DNA of 63,126 nucleotides, counting the filler, from Basidioascus undulatus (lineage: Eukaryota), in assembly GCA_000826855.1 (NCBI GenBank). It is 6 parts of 6 records of this genome, joined end to end, with 100 filler letters (N's around TTAATTAATTAA, not from the genome) between each part and the next. Parts side by side here need not be neighbours in the genome. Positions count along the whole stretch, not along the records: positions 1 to 27,473 come from JTLS01000163.1; 5 more parts are not named here. One strand, written 5' to 3'. The translations under genes were made by a program, and so were the position numbers. Under the pieces are notes generated by a model. That model ran no database searches. It was given only the letters and a program-made list of their open reading frames with translations, and had not been told where the DNA came from. Every line of letters starts with the position of its first letter. Positions within the stretch are counted from its first letter, which is position 1. Below are positions 11,170 to 23,915 of this stretch, piece by piece.

Positions 11170-13173
11170 CCTCAGCGACGGGGTCATCCAAGAAGTAATG
11201 ACAAGCCACCGTGAGCGTCAGGAGCGGTTTGAAGGGGCCTTTCCAAAGTGTGCAGTAGGCTTGTTCAAAAGTGGAAGTCAACCACGCCGGGTGAGCTCGT
11301 TGAAGTTCTGCACTGAGGTGAGTGAGCCATGCGGTCCAGCCATTTCCCAGCCGCCGCAATGCCCCGCTCGCAGGGGATACACGGTAAAGTTACCGGATGA
11401 CTGAGATGAGCATGAACATTTTGAAGTTGAGGCGTGCGACACCGTGGTTGGTACGCGTATGCGAGAGTCGCCAGTACCGCGGGACGAACTGCCCGTTGCG
11501 GGGATGCAGGCAAAAATTTGGTGCTAGGCAATGCATGCAGCACGACGTTGTGCCCCTCGCCTTATGGCGTGCTGGTTGACTGCCTTCCACTGCTTAATTT
11601 GTCAACACACAGGCATTAGGATGACAGAATTGCCTCTTGGGGTACACCCACGTCCATCCCGAGCAGCGCCAGGGCAGCGCTTGGGGAGTAATAGCGCAAT
11701 ATTATCCCGCAGCTGATGTTGATGTGAGACTGCCGAAGCAGCGGCTAACGAACCTTTCACTTCCCTTTTTCTTGTAGCTCCCTAGAAATGGTATAGAGTC
11801 AACAGTGGCATAAGTGCATTTGACGTGCACGCGAGCATACTGCAGCCCAGCAACGAGTAATGCTTCTTGTACCCTCACTTGCGACCGGAGAGGCAATGCC
11901 CAACGCCTCGGTTTCAACATAGGAACTATAGAGTTGTTTGAGAGCCTTCTAGGGCTCGTGGATGAGCTGTTGTCATTGGGTGATTAGCACGGCCACTCGC
12001 TCGCAGCGTGCTTCGCTATGGGACACGGTGAAGGCTATGTCGACGGGGCCTCCACTGCCCTGCCGTGCACGCAACTGAATGCAGGCTTGTAATGAATTAT
12101 AGCCCACAAAGTTCAGATGGTCTACTCTGACGGCCCTGTTCGTGCAACGCGCCACCAACCCAGTGTGTATTTTCACGCCGATACGCGGTTGGGAAGTTTG
12201 TCAGAGTCCTATGGGTCAATAGTTTAACGGGTTCCTACAAAATGCTCATTTACAACATAGGAGGAACTTGTTTAACCACGGCTTACGGAGTAAGCGGCGA
12301 CCTGGAAGCCGTCTTTGGCAGAGCCAATGCAGGTGGCTCGGATGTGCACACTACCTCGGAAGAGTGATGCAACCTTGGGGAGCTCTTTCATAATCTATAA
12401 TGGTGTTCTTGATTATGAATGACTCGACAGGCCACACTATCTCTGCAAGGATATAGTAGGCCGTTATGGGTGTGAGAGTGGCCTTCAGGCTTCAGGCAGG
12501 GGCAGGGCCCACCTTGATGACCACGTAACAAGTCAAAGGGTTGATGCTTGTCGTTCCTCTAAAAACTGTCTTTGTTCCAGCAAGTCACGTCATCGTTGTT
12601 AAGAACGCTCCTTCCCAACGCTCGTGTGTGGGTTGAAACAGCCCCTTCAAACTTCCAATGCCTTGTGTGGCCCTTTCCCTAACACCTTTGCCAGACCGAT
12701 AATATCCAAGGTCTTCCACTACACTCGACCAATGAGTTCTTTCCACATGCAGTGTCGAGATGTGTTCCACTCGATTGCCGCACGTGCACAAGTAGTGCAA
12801 GGCGTAGCGGTGTAGCGCGTTGGCAGGCGATGCCTTCCGCCTGTGATGTTGAAGGGGAGCTTTTCCTTTTTGTTGATCATCTAGCTTCTACACCCCTTGG
12901 GGAAAATGGCCAAACAGCCACATGTCATACACAACGTGCCTGTTTTGAGCCATCAGACCAGGGTAGAAACGCAAGCCACCTCCCCTCCCCCTCGAGTCCG
13001 CGGACCTCCCGCCTTCGCGCCTTCGGCAAAGGACCTTCGCGCGCCCCCTGGCAGGCCTCGTCGGTTCTCTCCACGCCAGCTCCGTCGTTCCAGCACAGCG
13101 CAGCGTCGCCCACACTCTACGCCCAGTCCACTCCTCCCCGCTCTTTTCTCTCTCCCCGCCCCGACCCACCGCC

Positions 13174-13854
13174 ATGTCTTCTTCTTCCTGTGCGTCGCCG
13201 CGCTGCTGCCCAGGGCCATGCCGAGCACAGCCCGACTGATAGGGAGCGCGTCGTGTCCTGCTACAGCCCAGCCTACCCCCCGGTACCGCCAGGCCACGGC
13301 CACCGACATCCCCACGCGTCTTAAGGCCGCCGACATAGCCTCCCTCAGCCGCACGCCGGGCGGCAACAACCTCATCTACGGGAGCACGCCCGGAGGGTGA
13401 GTGGGCTCCGGCAGATGGCGGGGTGGAAGCGGGGGCGGGGCCCGTGGGGTGCGCAGGGAGAGGAGCGGGCAGGGGCTTATTCGGGGCGTTCCGTGACGGC
13501 AATGGTTAGGACGAAGATCGTGTACTCCCGGGACCAGCTGCTCTCGCTGGCATCGAGCCCGCTGTCCCACACGCCTCCCAAAGGTGCGTCTTCTTCCTTC
13601 CGTCACCCGCACATCTCTCTGTGTTGCTGATGATAATTCTCTTGCCAGGCCTCAACAACTTCCCCCCCGAGATGTCGCGCTCCTTCAAGGCGACGAGCGG
13701 GCTTTCCTCGCCGTCCTTCATCCCCTCCCGCGGCAACGGCGACGTGCCGCCCCTCTCGGCCGGCAAGGCTGACAACGGCAAACCCGCCGTGGACGCCAAG
13801 ACCCAACACGATAAGGGTCACGCGGACGAGGAACAGTTCGAGATGGACGTTTGA
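13174..13854 (+). CDS. eIF4E-binding protein (4E-BP family), 4 exons, 141 aa
   Basis: Exons 13174-13189, 13267-13396, 13510-13583 and 13649-13854 join in frame: SRTPGG..YGSTPGGTKIVYSRDQLLSLASSPLSHTPP..EEQFEMDV*. Confidence 0.92.
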
Positions 13855-13928
13855 GCGGCGGACGCGGATGGGCAGAGATGGAGGAGATGGGGGCCAAGAA
13901 CGGGTCGGCGGACGAACGGAAGATTAAC

Positions 13929-13977
13929 GACACACATCAACACACTCACACACACATTCACACACACTCACACACAA
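13929..13977. repeat. Imperfect (CA)n microsatellite
   Basis: Interrupted CA runs downstream of the 4E-BP stop codon. Confidence 0.8.
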
Positions 13978-14248
13978 TTCGAACTCCCCTCAGCGGCAGA
14001 CTGCTTGTACCTTGTGAACGCTCGCTTTGTACCATGAATGCGAAGGCTGCGCGGCCAACTCCTGTGTGCCAGTGTGCGCTTTGACCGTATGCTTCGTCGT
14101 CCAGTCCTGAACGAGGTCATTAGGGGTGCACAACCCGCGGCAAACAGTCTGCAAAGATGCGGATGCGATGCGTGCGAGTACAAAGGCAGAGTGGCCCATA
14201 CAGTCCCTTCTCCCCCCTCCTTCCCTCCTCACCCCCGTCCCAAGTGTT

Positions 14249-14875
14249 CTACTGCTCCTGCTGCTGCGCCTGCGCCCGCGTCTCCTCCTGAACCTCCTGC
14301 AAGATCCTATACACCTTCTCGTCGAGCCCCGCGGTCAACCTCCGCTTCTTCCCGCCCGCTTTCGCCGGCTCCTGCAGGCGTCTAAGCACCTCCTCCCGCT
14401 TCGCCCCCTCCGCGGGGTCGCTGTTCCAGGACGAAAAGTAAGAGTTGACGATCGACTCGGCCCAGGGCACCGTGAGTTCGACGTCCCGCGAGACGTAGGG
14501 CTTGAGCTGGGGAGCACGGGGCGATGAGCGAGCGAGCGAGCGGACGCGAGAAGACGCTCGAGTTTTCAGGGGACAGGGAGACACACGAGACAGTTCTCCA
14601 GCTCTGTAGGCGCAATGAAGATGCGCGCCTTGGTGTCGTCGATTTTGTAGTCCGACTTGCCCTTCAGGACGTGCCGACCTGGTGGGCCCGTACGCCAGCC
14701 ATCGATGAAGGACGTGCGGGTGCCTGCCGTCGCCGCCCCATCCCCGCCCGTCAGCTCCTTTGCCACGGATGCTCGCCCGGAAGCGCCGCAGCGCACCCTT
14801 GTAGTAGTGCTTGGTGCCGTGCTTCGGCGTGAGCGGTAATCTGGAGGCGCCCAGGCGCGGGAGCGAGGCGAACAT
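14249..14875 (-). CDS. MRPL27: Mitochondrial ribosomal protein mL41 (yeast MrpL27 family)
   Basis: RLPLTPKHGTKHYYKG, G.GRH..YKIDDTKARIFIAP, LKPYVS; two introns. Confidence 0.85.
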   Translation of the reverse strand: MFASLPRLGASRLPLTPKHGTKHYYKGALRRFRASIRGKGADGRGWGGDGRHPHVLHRWLAYGPTRSARPEGQVGLQNRRHQGAHLHCAYRAGELSRVSPCPLKTRASSRVRSLARSSPRAPQLKPYVSRDVELTVPWAESIVNSYFSSWNSDPAEGAKREEVLRRLQEPAKAGGKKRRLTAGLDEKVYRILQEVQEETRAQAQQQEQ

Positions 14876-15399
14876 GGCGATGAGATGGGGTCCGGAGGTG
14901 AGAAGCAGGCGGGCCGAAGCGAGAAGACCGGCCGCTTTCGGCGAAGGGAATTCATGCCAGACTCACTGCCTGCTTGCTTCCACCGTCGCCAATTAATGTT
15001 GAAATGCGGTTTCACTCAATATTGCCAGAAAAAGTCGCCTAAAATTTACATCAATAATATACACAAATAATGTGGACAACCTGTACGTTGCTGAATGGTC
15101 AGACGGAGTCACAGTCGAACGTTTCGACAGTGCAAACGTCGTGTCCAGCGGCGGACTTCCACGGCCTTTCACGAATGGGCAAGTGAACCGAAATAATCCA
15201 TACATGTAGCCGCTTTGATGATGAAAACAATGACAAGAGAGCTTCCGCATGTGAGCCTATTCATCGGAAGCGCCTGCGTGGACTGTGTACTCAGGCGACC
15301 ATCATCGACATGCCGGCTCCTGAAACTCCTCAATACTTATGGGCGGAAGGCGGTCCGCAAAAATCATTTCCGCTGGTTCAGTCACTGCGAGCGCCCTCG

Positions 15400-16330
15400 C
15401 TGATGCTCATCAGCTCGCACTGGCGTTGACGAAGCATGACCGCGTCCGCGCGGTGCTCGCGACCTGGTCCGGAGCGATGCGGGCCAGCCGCTCATGCCCA
15501 TCGAGGAAGTCCGAAATGAGTAAGTGAGTGAGGAGGAGAAGAGGGCCATCCGCGAACGGGTTGGAGATGGGCCGACGGAGATACTGGTTGAAAGGAGGAC
15601 CCATCGTAAGAGTGAGCTGCGGGCGTACGCAAAGGAGAATCCAGAGGCCGTGGTGATACCTGGACTCGTAAGTCCCACTACAAATTGTGCTAATCCAGCC
15701 TGCCTAGCTCATCCTTTCACTCGGCAGTACTTGCACGACTATCTCGCGGCCAAACACAAGCTCCTTTTCTGCGACGGCAGCTCGGATCCGTATCCCACCG
15801 CGCTCCTAGCCGAGCGGCACCTCCTCTACTTCCATCTTCCTGCGCACCCTGGCTGCGTGGGTGCGGCTAAGGTGCTGCGGGCCCGCCCAGACGCCCTCAT
15901 GGTTCTGGACACTGAACGGGTCTACAGGGACTTCAGTGGCTACCCCGGTGCTGGCCGGCCAGAGAGCAAGGCGGGCTTCTGGGCTGTGGACCATCGTGCG
16001 CCATCAGAAGGGAGGGAGGGAATCGTTTCATTACCGTATCTCAGATGAAGTCGTGCTCGACGTTGTGTCGAGTGCGCGTTTCCTTCCCATCCCCGCATCC
16101 TACCCTATTAGCTGCTCCGTCGCTGAAAACTGCAACAGATCCGCTCACCACCCCGCACCTCACGCCTCCCTCACAAGAGCTTATCATAGACGGGCCCGAG
16201 TCTTTCCACTGGGTCCAACACCATGGGTATGATCCGGTGACGTCATCCGCTACAGCAAGCAAGCCCCGTGCCCTTACACGGTTGCCGAACGTGACGCGAC
16301 CGGCCGATGCACAGGAGGCGCTATGCTTGC
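15400..16330 (+). pseudogene. Degenerate hypothetical gene
   Basis: Coding-like 174-aa ORF with an intron-like segment. There is an in-frame TAA just upstream (~15521) and an apparent frame switch at a GGGA repeat (~16010). No family recognised. Confidence 0.3.
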
Positions 16331-17061
16331 GCCGGCGACGAAGGTGTGATGGGGGCTTTTATACTTGCAGTTTATATTGCAGGGTCGCTTCGTGGGCATG
16401 CTGAGGACTGTCCACGTTTTGTCGCTTGGGCTTGGCTCCATTTCGCCCTCGTCTACTTGAGCTGGTCAGGACCTACGCGGCAACCGCGCCGCGCAGACAT
16501 TTTGCCAGAACGGACTTCTGGAACATTTTGAGGGGCCAATAAACAGTTGTAGCAACAGTGTTATTGATGTAGATTGGAAACGGGGTCTGGCCTGTCGCGC
16601 ACGAGGAGAAGCGAGTCCACCAGCTTGCACCATTCTGGACTCTGGCCGCTGGGGCAATGTTGCTTGCATGCTCCTGTGCGAGAGATATTAAATTGGAAGA
16701 GTACACATCTCTACCCAGTTCACAAACCATGGAGAGTGCTGCGTGTCCAGAATTACCTGTGGAGATGACCGTCTGCACAGCGGACGCAAACCTGAAAGTG
16801 CAGTGGCTGTCGCCTTCCCTCCACCCATAATGTCTAGCCGATTGAACATGTCAAACTGAAAATTGGGATCCTAAACTCGGATATCGAACCGATTCTCAGA
16901 GCGATGGCCGACTCTCTCTTGCGGCATGACTTAGGATGAGCGAAGCTTGAGTGACCCAGTGCCGCGGGTTGGCTGTCTGTACAGCGCTGGCTCGTCCGCA
17001 CTCCCATCGCCTCAACACCGCTGTAACCCGCACCGTCCTTAAAACTACTTTACTATTTACT

Positions 17062-18769
17062 ATGAACGAGATGGACAAGCGTGCCGGCTTCTCTCCCCCG
17101 AACGGCAGGGCTTCCCTCCCCTACCTCATAATCTACTACGCCTTGCAGCTCGGCGGGGCGGCCTTCCTCGCGGCGCTGCTGAGCACCGCGCTGCTGTCCA
17201 AGGGCGTCCAGCGACACTCGAGCCTGTGCTCCTTCTTCTTTATCTGGGCGGTGACCAGCTTCCTCAACGCCATGCTCGCGTGGAGCGGCAACGCGCGCAA
17301 CGACAAGGTCACGACCGGGTGGAAGATCGCCAGCGCGGTGACATACCTCTGCGGGCTGCCGTTGCTGGCGGCTAGTGCGCTGGGGATGATGTTCAAGGTG
17401 AGTGGAAGGACCATAAAGAACTTGGTGGAAGGCTCAAGTGCCGGGTGTCCCGCAGATATGGAGTGTGGTTATGAAGAGTACGGCGGGCAAGACGTTCGGG
17501 ACACTGGCTGAGAAGCTTGCGAACAATAAAGCCGTGAGTAGCAGAGTTTCTTTAACCTTCCATGTTGCTATTCGTGACTGATTGACTTACGGATACGATA
17601 TGAACAGCTGCTCGCTTTCCCATGGCTCGCGACTCTACCAACTCTTTTCACTGCGCTGCCTGTGTGTCACACCTCACGCCTCACGTCTGACCTGCGACCG
17701 CTACCAAAAACTTACACCCCATGGTGCCACATCTGCCAGTACGCCTTGAAGAACGTCGATAAACTCGCTCGGTCCGACTTCTTCTACGTTCTCCAAGGCA
17801 GCAAGCAGTACGTTCCTCTGCCCGACGCGCTGGGATCTTGTTCAGCTGAAACTGGCGGAACTGCAGTCACGACGCGACCGTCCTCTTTTCGAACGCACTC
17901 ATTTTCCTCACCGTCGTTGGAGCGGCCTGGACGGCCTTCGCATACGCCTACTGGCGTAAGGCCCATTTCGTCTCGCATGAGGGCACTATCAACCAGCATG
18001 TCGTGTTGCGGATGTTGGCTTTCTCTGTAATGGCTGCGTTGTCTTTTGGGTGAGTTCGTGCTGGACCAGGGATGGAGGCGAAAGGAGCTGAACCTTTGAC
18101 AACAGTATCGTCATGACCAACTACTTGCGGCGCAAAGAACCGCCGGCGCCGGGTAAGTATCCATGGTCACTCGACACCGCACTCTTTGAGGCAGAAAGTG
18201 CTGACCAGCAGGATTGGGCAGCGATGGTGGTCGTGGGACTCATTCCATGTGCGGCGTTCGTTATCTTTGCCAGTCAAGAGGTGCGCGTTTCGGCGTATGC
18301 AACATCTCCTTCGTATTGCCGAACATCTCATCCCTTTCCACAGGACGTTCTCCGTTCCTGGCACGTCCCCGAAAGGCTCATCCCGCACATCTCGGATTTC
18401 GCCGGGGAGGCCTCGACGTTCGCCAAGTCCGGTGGCCTCAAGCCGCAGGATGCGCTGGCGTTCGCGGCGAATATCGCAAACGAGGCGCTCAAGACCACAG
18501 GTGACAAAGCTCACAAAGCGAAGGAGGGCGTGAAGAAGGGGGCCAGCCAGGCCAAGGAGAAGGCGAAGGGCGCGCACAAGAAGATGAAGGAGCAGTACCA
18601 GGCTCTGGACCGCGAGGAGAAGGGGCAGCACTCGGACGGGGTGGCCACGCCGAAGCCGGAGCGGTCGATGTCGCCGGGGGATTCGGGGCGCAAGGGGAAT
18701 GCAGAGCATGGGGCCGCGGATGAGGATTTGCACACGCCGCGAGGAAACTCACCTCTCCTGCCCCACTAG
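17062..18769 (+). CDS. 7-transmembrane GPCR-like protein with charged C-terminal tail
   Basis: About seven hydrophobic segments over seven or more exons, ending LIPCAAFVIFASQEDVLRSW, then a Lys/Glu-rich tail. Confidence 0.7.
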
Positions 18770-19122
18770 AGCTTCTGGGTGGAACATTTTATGCGCTGGT
18801 TGTTCAATGTATTTGTGTCCAATAGTTACAATATATCGTTGAGCGGGGCTTGCACTCTGGTGCAGACTGGTTCCGTTCAATTCAGAACCGCCTCCATGGA
18901 AGTAGGACCGGTGGTGTTGTCAGCGCTGTGGATTTCAAATCTGCAAGGAAAGAATTGATATTATCTTCTTTCCTTTTATATGTGTGTCCACACTTGACAA
19001 CAATTTCCCAGAGCACTGGTCAGCTGTTTGCCACTTCATGTCAATCGATGTCACGTGCCAGCTGCCGAACTTCCAAACTTCACATCGTCTTCTGATCCCC
19101 AACTTGTCCATTCACCACCGCC

Positions 19123-21352
19123 ATGGCGCCCTCATCACTCGCCAGCGCGCCCAAAAAGCGCAAGCTCACGCCTTCCGCAAAGTCCTCTAGGGCCTTAGCC
19201 TCGGTCCCGGCGCTCGAAGCTGCGCTGAACTCCCTGACGGACCTCAACCCGCTTGCGGACCTCGTCCAGCTCGCGCTCACGTCCGCCGACCCTCGCACAT
19301 CGCACAAGGCGCTCTTTGCCGCCCAGCGCGTGTTCGCGAACCTCATAGTCAAAGGTCGCTTGGTTGGCGGCGTCGCGGGGGCCAAAAAGGACGCGGAGGA
19401 GGTGAAGATTGTCAGGCGGTGGGCGATTGAGCGGTACAAGGAGTACGTTCTAGGGTGCGGCGGGTTGCTGCGGGATGCCGAGAAGGGTCTTCGAGTGAGT
19501 GAACATCATCTTTCTGGAGGATCGAGATGGCATCTGATAGCTCTTCAACCAGTCCGCCGCTCTCACCATCCTCCTCTCCCTCGTCAGCACCGAGTCTTCC
19601 TACCTTTCCTCCCTCTCCAAGCCGCCATTTCCGCAAATTGCGATCGACACCTTCCGCCGCTTCACCCGCGCGATGCTTCTCGGCTCTCCCTCTCCGCGCT
19701 CTGGCTCTTGCGCCGACGCTCCGGATGCGTCCCTGCCTCTGCCTGAAGACGTTCGGGACGAGTTCCTCGAGAAGTGGCTCGGGAAGTGCGACGATGTGCG
19801 GTACTGGTTCTTGAAAGAGGCAACGTAAGTTCTCACTCTCAACGCCCTGTGATGAGATCCTGACTGTTCCGCGGATCAGCAACCTCCTCAAGTCCTTCGA
19901 CAACGCCAAGCCCTCTACTCTCCCTCGCCCAGCGCACCTCACCTCCAACCTCCTGTCCCTCCTCGAGCGACTCGACACACTCCCGACCGAAGCGTCCGAG
20001 ATCAACGAGTTCTGGATCTCCGAGTTCGCGACGCCTCTCGACCCCGAGACGTCCGCCGCGGCGTCCAAGAAGAAGAAGAAGAATGCGGGTGCGGCCGCGG
20101 CGGACGAGGGCGCCGAGGACTGGCGCGACTACTTCGACACGTCCTCGGAGGACGAGGGCGACGACGAAGACAAGCCCAAGAAGCGCGCGCCGACGCCGCG
20201 GGACATGCATGCGCTCCCGGCGCACCGCGCGCTCTTCTCGGCGTGCTGGCTCACGCTGCTCCGCGTGCCTGGCGGGCTAGCTGCGCCCGAGGCAAGGCGC
20301 GCCCTCACGGTCATGCATCAGCTCGTCGTCCCGCACTTGCGCGGCCGCGAGCGCGTCGGGCTCGGGGACTGGTTCGGAGACTGCTGTGACGCGGGCGGCG
20401 TCAGCGCGCTGCTCGCGCTGAACGGGCTGTGGAGGTTGATGAGGGATCATAACCTGTGCGTTTATGTTCTTGTTTTCGTCATCGCCGCCCATCAACTTCA
20501 TCCTGACCCTGCTCCTTCAGTGACTATCCCGACTTCTACAAGCGCCTCTACGCCCTCCTCGACCGCGACGTCATGCACGTCCGCTACCGCGCCCGTTTCT
20601 TCCGCATGCTGGACCTCTTCCTCAACTCTACGTAAGCCCTGATCCCTGCTTCCTCGTACCTTCCCAGCTGCTAACACTCTGATCCTCCAGCCATCTTCCC
20701 GTTGCGCTGGTCGCGTCGTTCATCAAGCGCCTCAGCCGCCTGTCCATCTCTGCCCCGCCCGCCGCCGTCGTCATGATCATCCCCTTCGTCTACAACCTGC
20801 TTAAGAAGCACCCGGGCTGTATGGTTCTCATCCATTCCACCTCCGACGCCCAAGGTGCGGTGTCTCCCTCGGCCGTTTCGTCTCTCGAAGCTGACGTGGG
20901 ATTGCGCCGAACAGGTGCCGACGCCGACGCTTTCGACGCGACCGAGACGGACCCCAACCACGCACGCGCGCTCGAGTCGTCCATCTGGGAGCTCGCGAGC
21001 CACCGGCGACACTACAACTCGGCCGTCTCGGCGATGGCGAAGGTGTTCGAGGAGGTGTTCACCAAGCCGAACTTCGCGATGGAAGACTTCCTCGACCACG
21101 CCTACAGCACCGTGCGTTCATTCCTTCCCCGCTCTTATGAGGATCTTCGTCGATGGGCCGCTGAACGGCGTGTGCAAACAGATGTTCGAGACCGAGGCGA
21201 AGCGCAAGCTCCGGAACCCGCCGGCGCTAGCGGACGACCTCGAGGGCGAGGTGTTTGGCGGACCGGTCCGCAAGCGCAAGGCGGCTGTCGAGGCGGAGGA
21301 GGATTCGGGCGCGCTGCCTAGGGACGCTGTTGCGGAGATCTTCGCTTTCTAA
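19123..21352 (+). CDS. NOC4: Nucleolar complex protein 4 (CBF/Mak21 family)
   Basis: DDVRYWFLKE, LLALNGLWRLMRDHNL/DYPDFYKRLYALLD..HVRYRARFFRMLDLFLNS, LVASFIKRLSRL, IPFVYNLLKKHP, ALESSIWEL..HY, EDFLDH. Confidence 0.93.
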
Positions 21353-22167
21353 AAGCCATTGCATTTTTCACTGCGTTACTCGCTGGCCTGAGTCTGTCCA
21401 GCTCTAGCATAATGGGACCTGTCTAAAGTCGTGCACGTCGAGATTGCTGGTAGTTGGCTTGAGGCCGTTCAGCATTCAGTTGAATCTCGTAACGCAAATG
21501 GATCGACTGCGAGAGATACCCTACAGCCGCGCCACGCCTTCTTTGCACGTCACCGGCGTGTTCGGCCCAATGGAGATGCCAACCACTTACTGCACGACCT
21601 CTTATGATCTTGGCCTTGATGATGGGTCAGCCGGTTTATATCGTCGTACATTGCGCGGCGACAGCGTGGCGGTCGCAACTGGTTGGTCCTCAAACCTTCT
21701 GCACAAGCTCGCTTCCATTCTTTCGAAGTCCAGTTTCTTATCGTTTTTCACTCTTTTTTTCTTTCTTATAGTGTTCCACTCATTTCACAGCTCAAAACGA
21801 ACAGGACGCTCCAGGCGCTCGCGGGACGACAGTCAGACAAGTAGTGCGTGTCATTTCCCTTTTTCAGCCGCTTCTTGAGAAGCAAAAAATGTTATTTTTG
21901 CCATGTAATGCAGTTTGTAGATCCGGCATCACGGCATTGGCGAGCTCAGGCGAGCTGTTGACGACTTGCATCAAGGCCTCAAGGCGGCCAACAGACCCTG
22001 TTACCAACCCTTTGGGACTTGATCTGCAAAACACCACACAGCTGTATGAAACGGTCGAGTCAAGTCGAGACCCGGCGTTAAGTACCGGTCGATCGCTGCT
22101 GCAGCTGGGACGTCCGTCGCGCGCGGGGCTGCTCTCCGCTTTCGTCCATCGAGGCCCTCCTCCCATC

Positions 22168-23250
22168 ATGGCTCTGCTAACTGCCTGTCGCTCGCTTCGG
22201 CTTGCTCGCCCGGCACCTTTCGGACCCACTAGAGCTCTTGCGACCGCCCAGACTGATGGATCGCGACTCGAATTGGTCCAGCGATTAGTGGCAGACTTGC
22301 CCGAGTGCGTCGCGTTGAGGCTGATCACTCAGACTGTTGAGCTGATGGGGAGCGCGACGACAGGCGGGTAAAGCCCCACTGGGATATCATGTCGGTACGC
22401 TCACTATCTTAGTCAAAACTCTTGACGAAAACGCAGAGCTGAAAATACGTCTTTAAGGCTACGACCGCCACGGCATTGGGCCATGGACCCAAGTTCCTCC
22501 CCCTCATCCTGCGGCGTCTTTGCGCGTCCACGTCCCCGCGGTCTGCTCCCGCGCAGCACCTCCCGCGTCTCAAAGAAGCCATCGTATCTTCGGCGATCCT
22601 GCACGGCGTGCCAAAGTCGATCGAGAGCACGCTGGCCCTGTACAAAGATATCCCGCTCGAACAGCGCGACGACGCTTTCGAGCGCCGAGCCGTTACTTGG
22701 AGCAGCGATGTCGAGAAGGCCGGCACAGAGGGGCTCGACAAGGTGTACCGCAAGGACATCATCCCGATTTGGGAGAAATTCGACGCGGGGATGAAGGATT
22801 GGCGTGCGTTGACGCCCCTCACTCGGTCTCCTCGCCGTACGGCTCGCTGAATCGTAGCCCTTCACTCCCTGCATTTTCGTACCAGGATTCATCTCCCAGA
22901 ATGTGACATACGGGCTCTTCTTGAACCCGCCTACGGGGCGGCAACCCATCTTCTCGCACGCAGAGCTCGAGCTCGTTATCCTAAGCTCCATCATTCCTCA
23001 GGATTGCCCGCAAGTCCCCGTTCTCCTTTAAGCAACTCCGAACTCACGGAACTCACGTCTCACGTGCTCCTTATTCTTCAGAACTGAAACCAAATGGCAC
23101 CTGCGCGGCGCTCTGCGGTCGGGTTGGACGCGAGAGGAGGTCGAGGGCGCGCAGACGTTCATCGAGCGCTTCGCCGAGGAGTTGGGAACCAAGGTCGAAG
23201 GTCTGCCGCGGGAGCGGGATCTGGCGGAAGCGGAGGTGTACAAGGACTAG
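22168..23250 (+). CDS. AhpD/carboxymuconolactone-decarboxylase-like protein with predicted mitochondrial presequence
   Basis: Arg/Ala/Leu-rich N-terminus; RLKEAI..LHGVPKSIE; ELELVILSSI..ETKWHLRGALRSGWTREEV. Includes a GC-AG intron at 23010-23081. Confidence 0.75.
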
Positions 23251-23915
23251 ACTTGAGGAGTACTCGGATACGGCTGGAAATAGACCTACAACGTCACAGT
23301 GTGGACGCTTGACCTCGCGACTTGGGCGCTTCGCGCCGGAATATCCTCAGCCTCTTTTCCTGCTGCCCAAAATTGATGGCGCACTCAGATAGTCACCAAT
23401 TCGGGAAGCAGAAGACAGAACGATCATTACCGTTGAAAGTGAAAGGTGTGATGAGTGAGGCGCCTGCACCGACTCGTCTCAGTCCGGCATGTCTTTGAAC
23501 ACCAAATACCAAAGGTGATGGTAAGTGTTCGAATGCGCATGCAAAGTGCAAGTGTACAAAAAATGTCTCTTGCATTGTCTGTTTACGCATTTAATGCTTA
23601 CAAGGTTTTATTTCGTAAACCTTTTGAGGGAGACGCGGTGCGTGCAGAGAAAATGTCAGTAAGCAGGGCACTGCTCGCGGTTTCCAGTACCTACAGCCAT
23701 GCATATTTGAGATAACTCTCCCGAACAACTTAAGGGATATTATTTCTGAAATACTGAACTTATCGAGGATGGTCGGACAACAGAGGCCACAGAGAATCAC
23801 AGAACGGCTCTCCTCGGAATGTGCTCCTGAATTCCGTCGAGCGTCCTAGCACGTCTTGACCGACTTCCGCCATCATCTCGATCTCTCACTTGTTCCGGCT
23901 GAGCAATTCCCAGTC

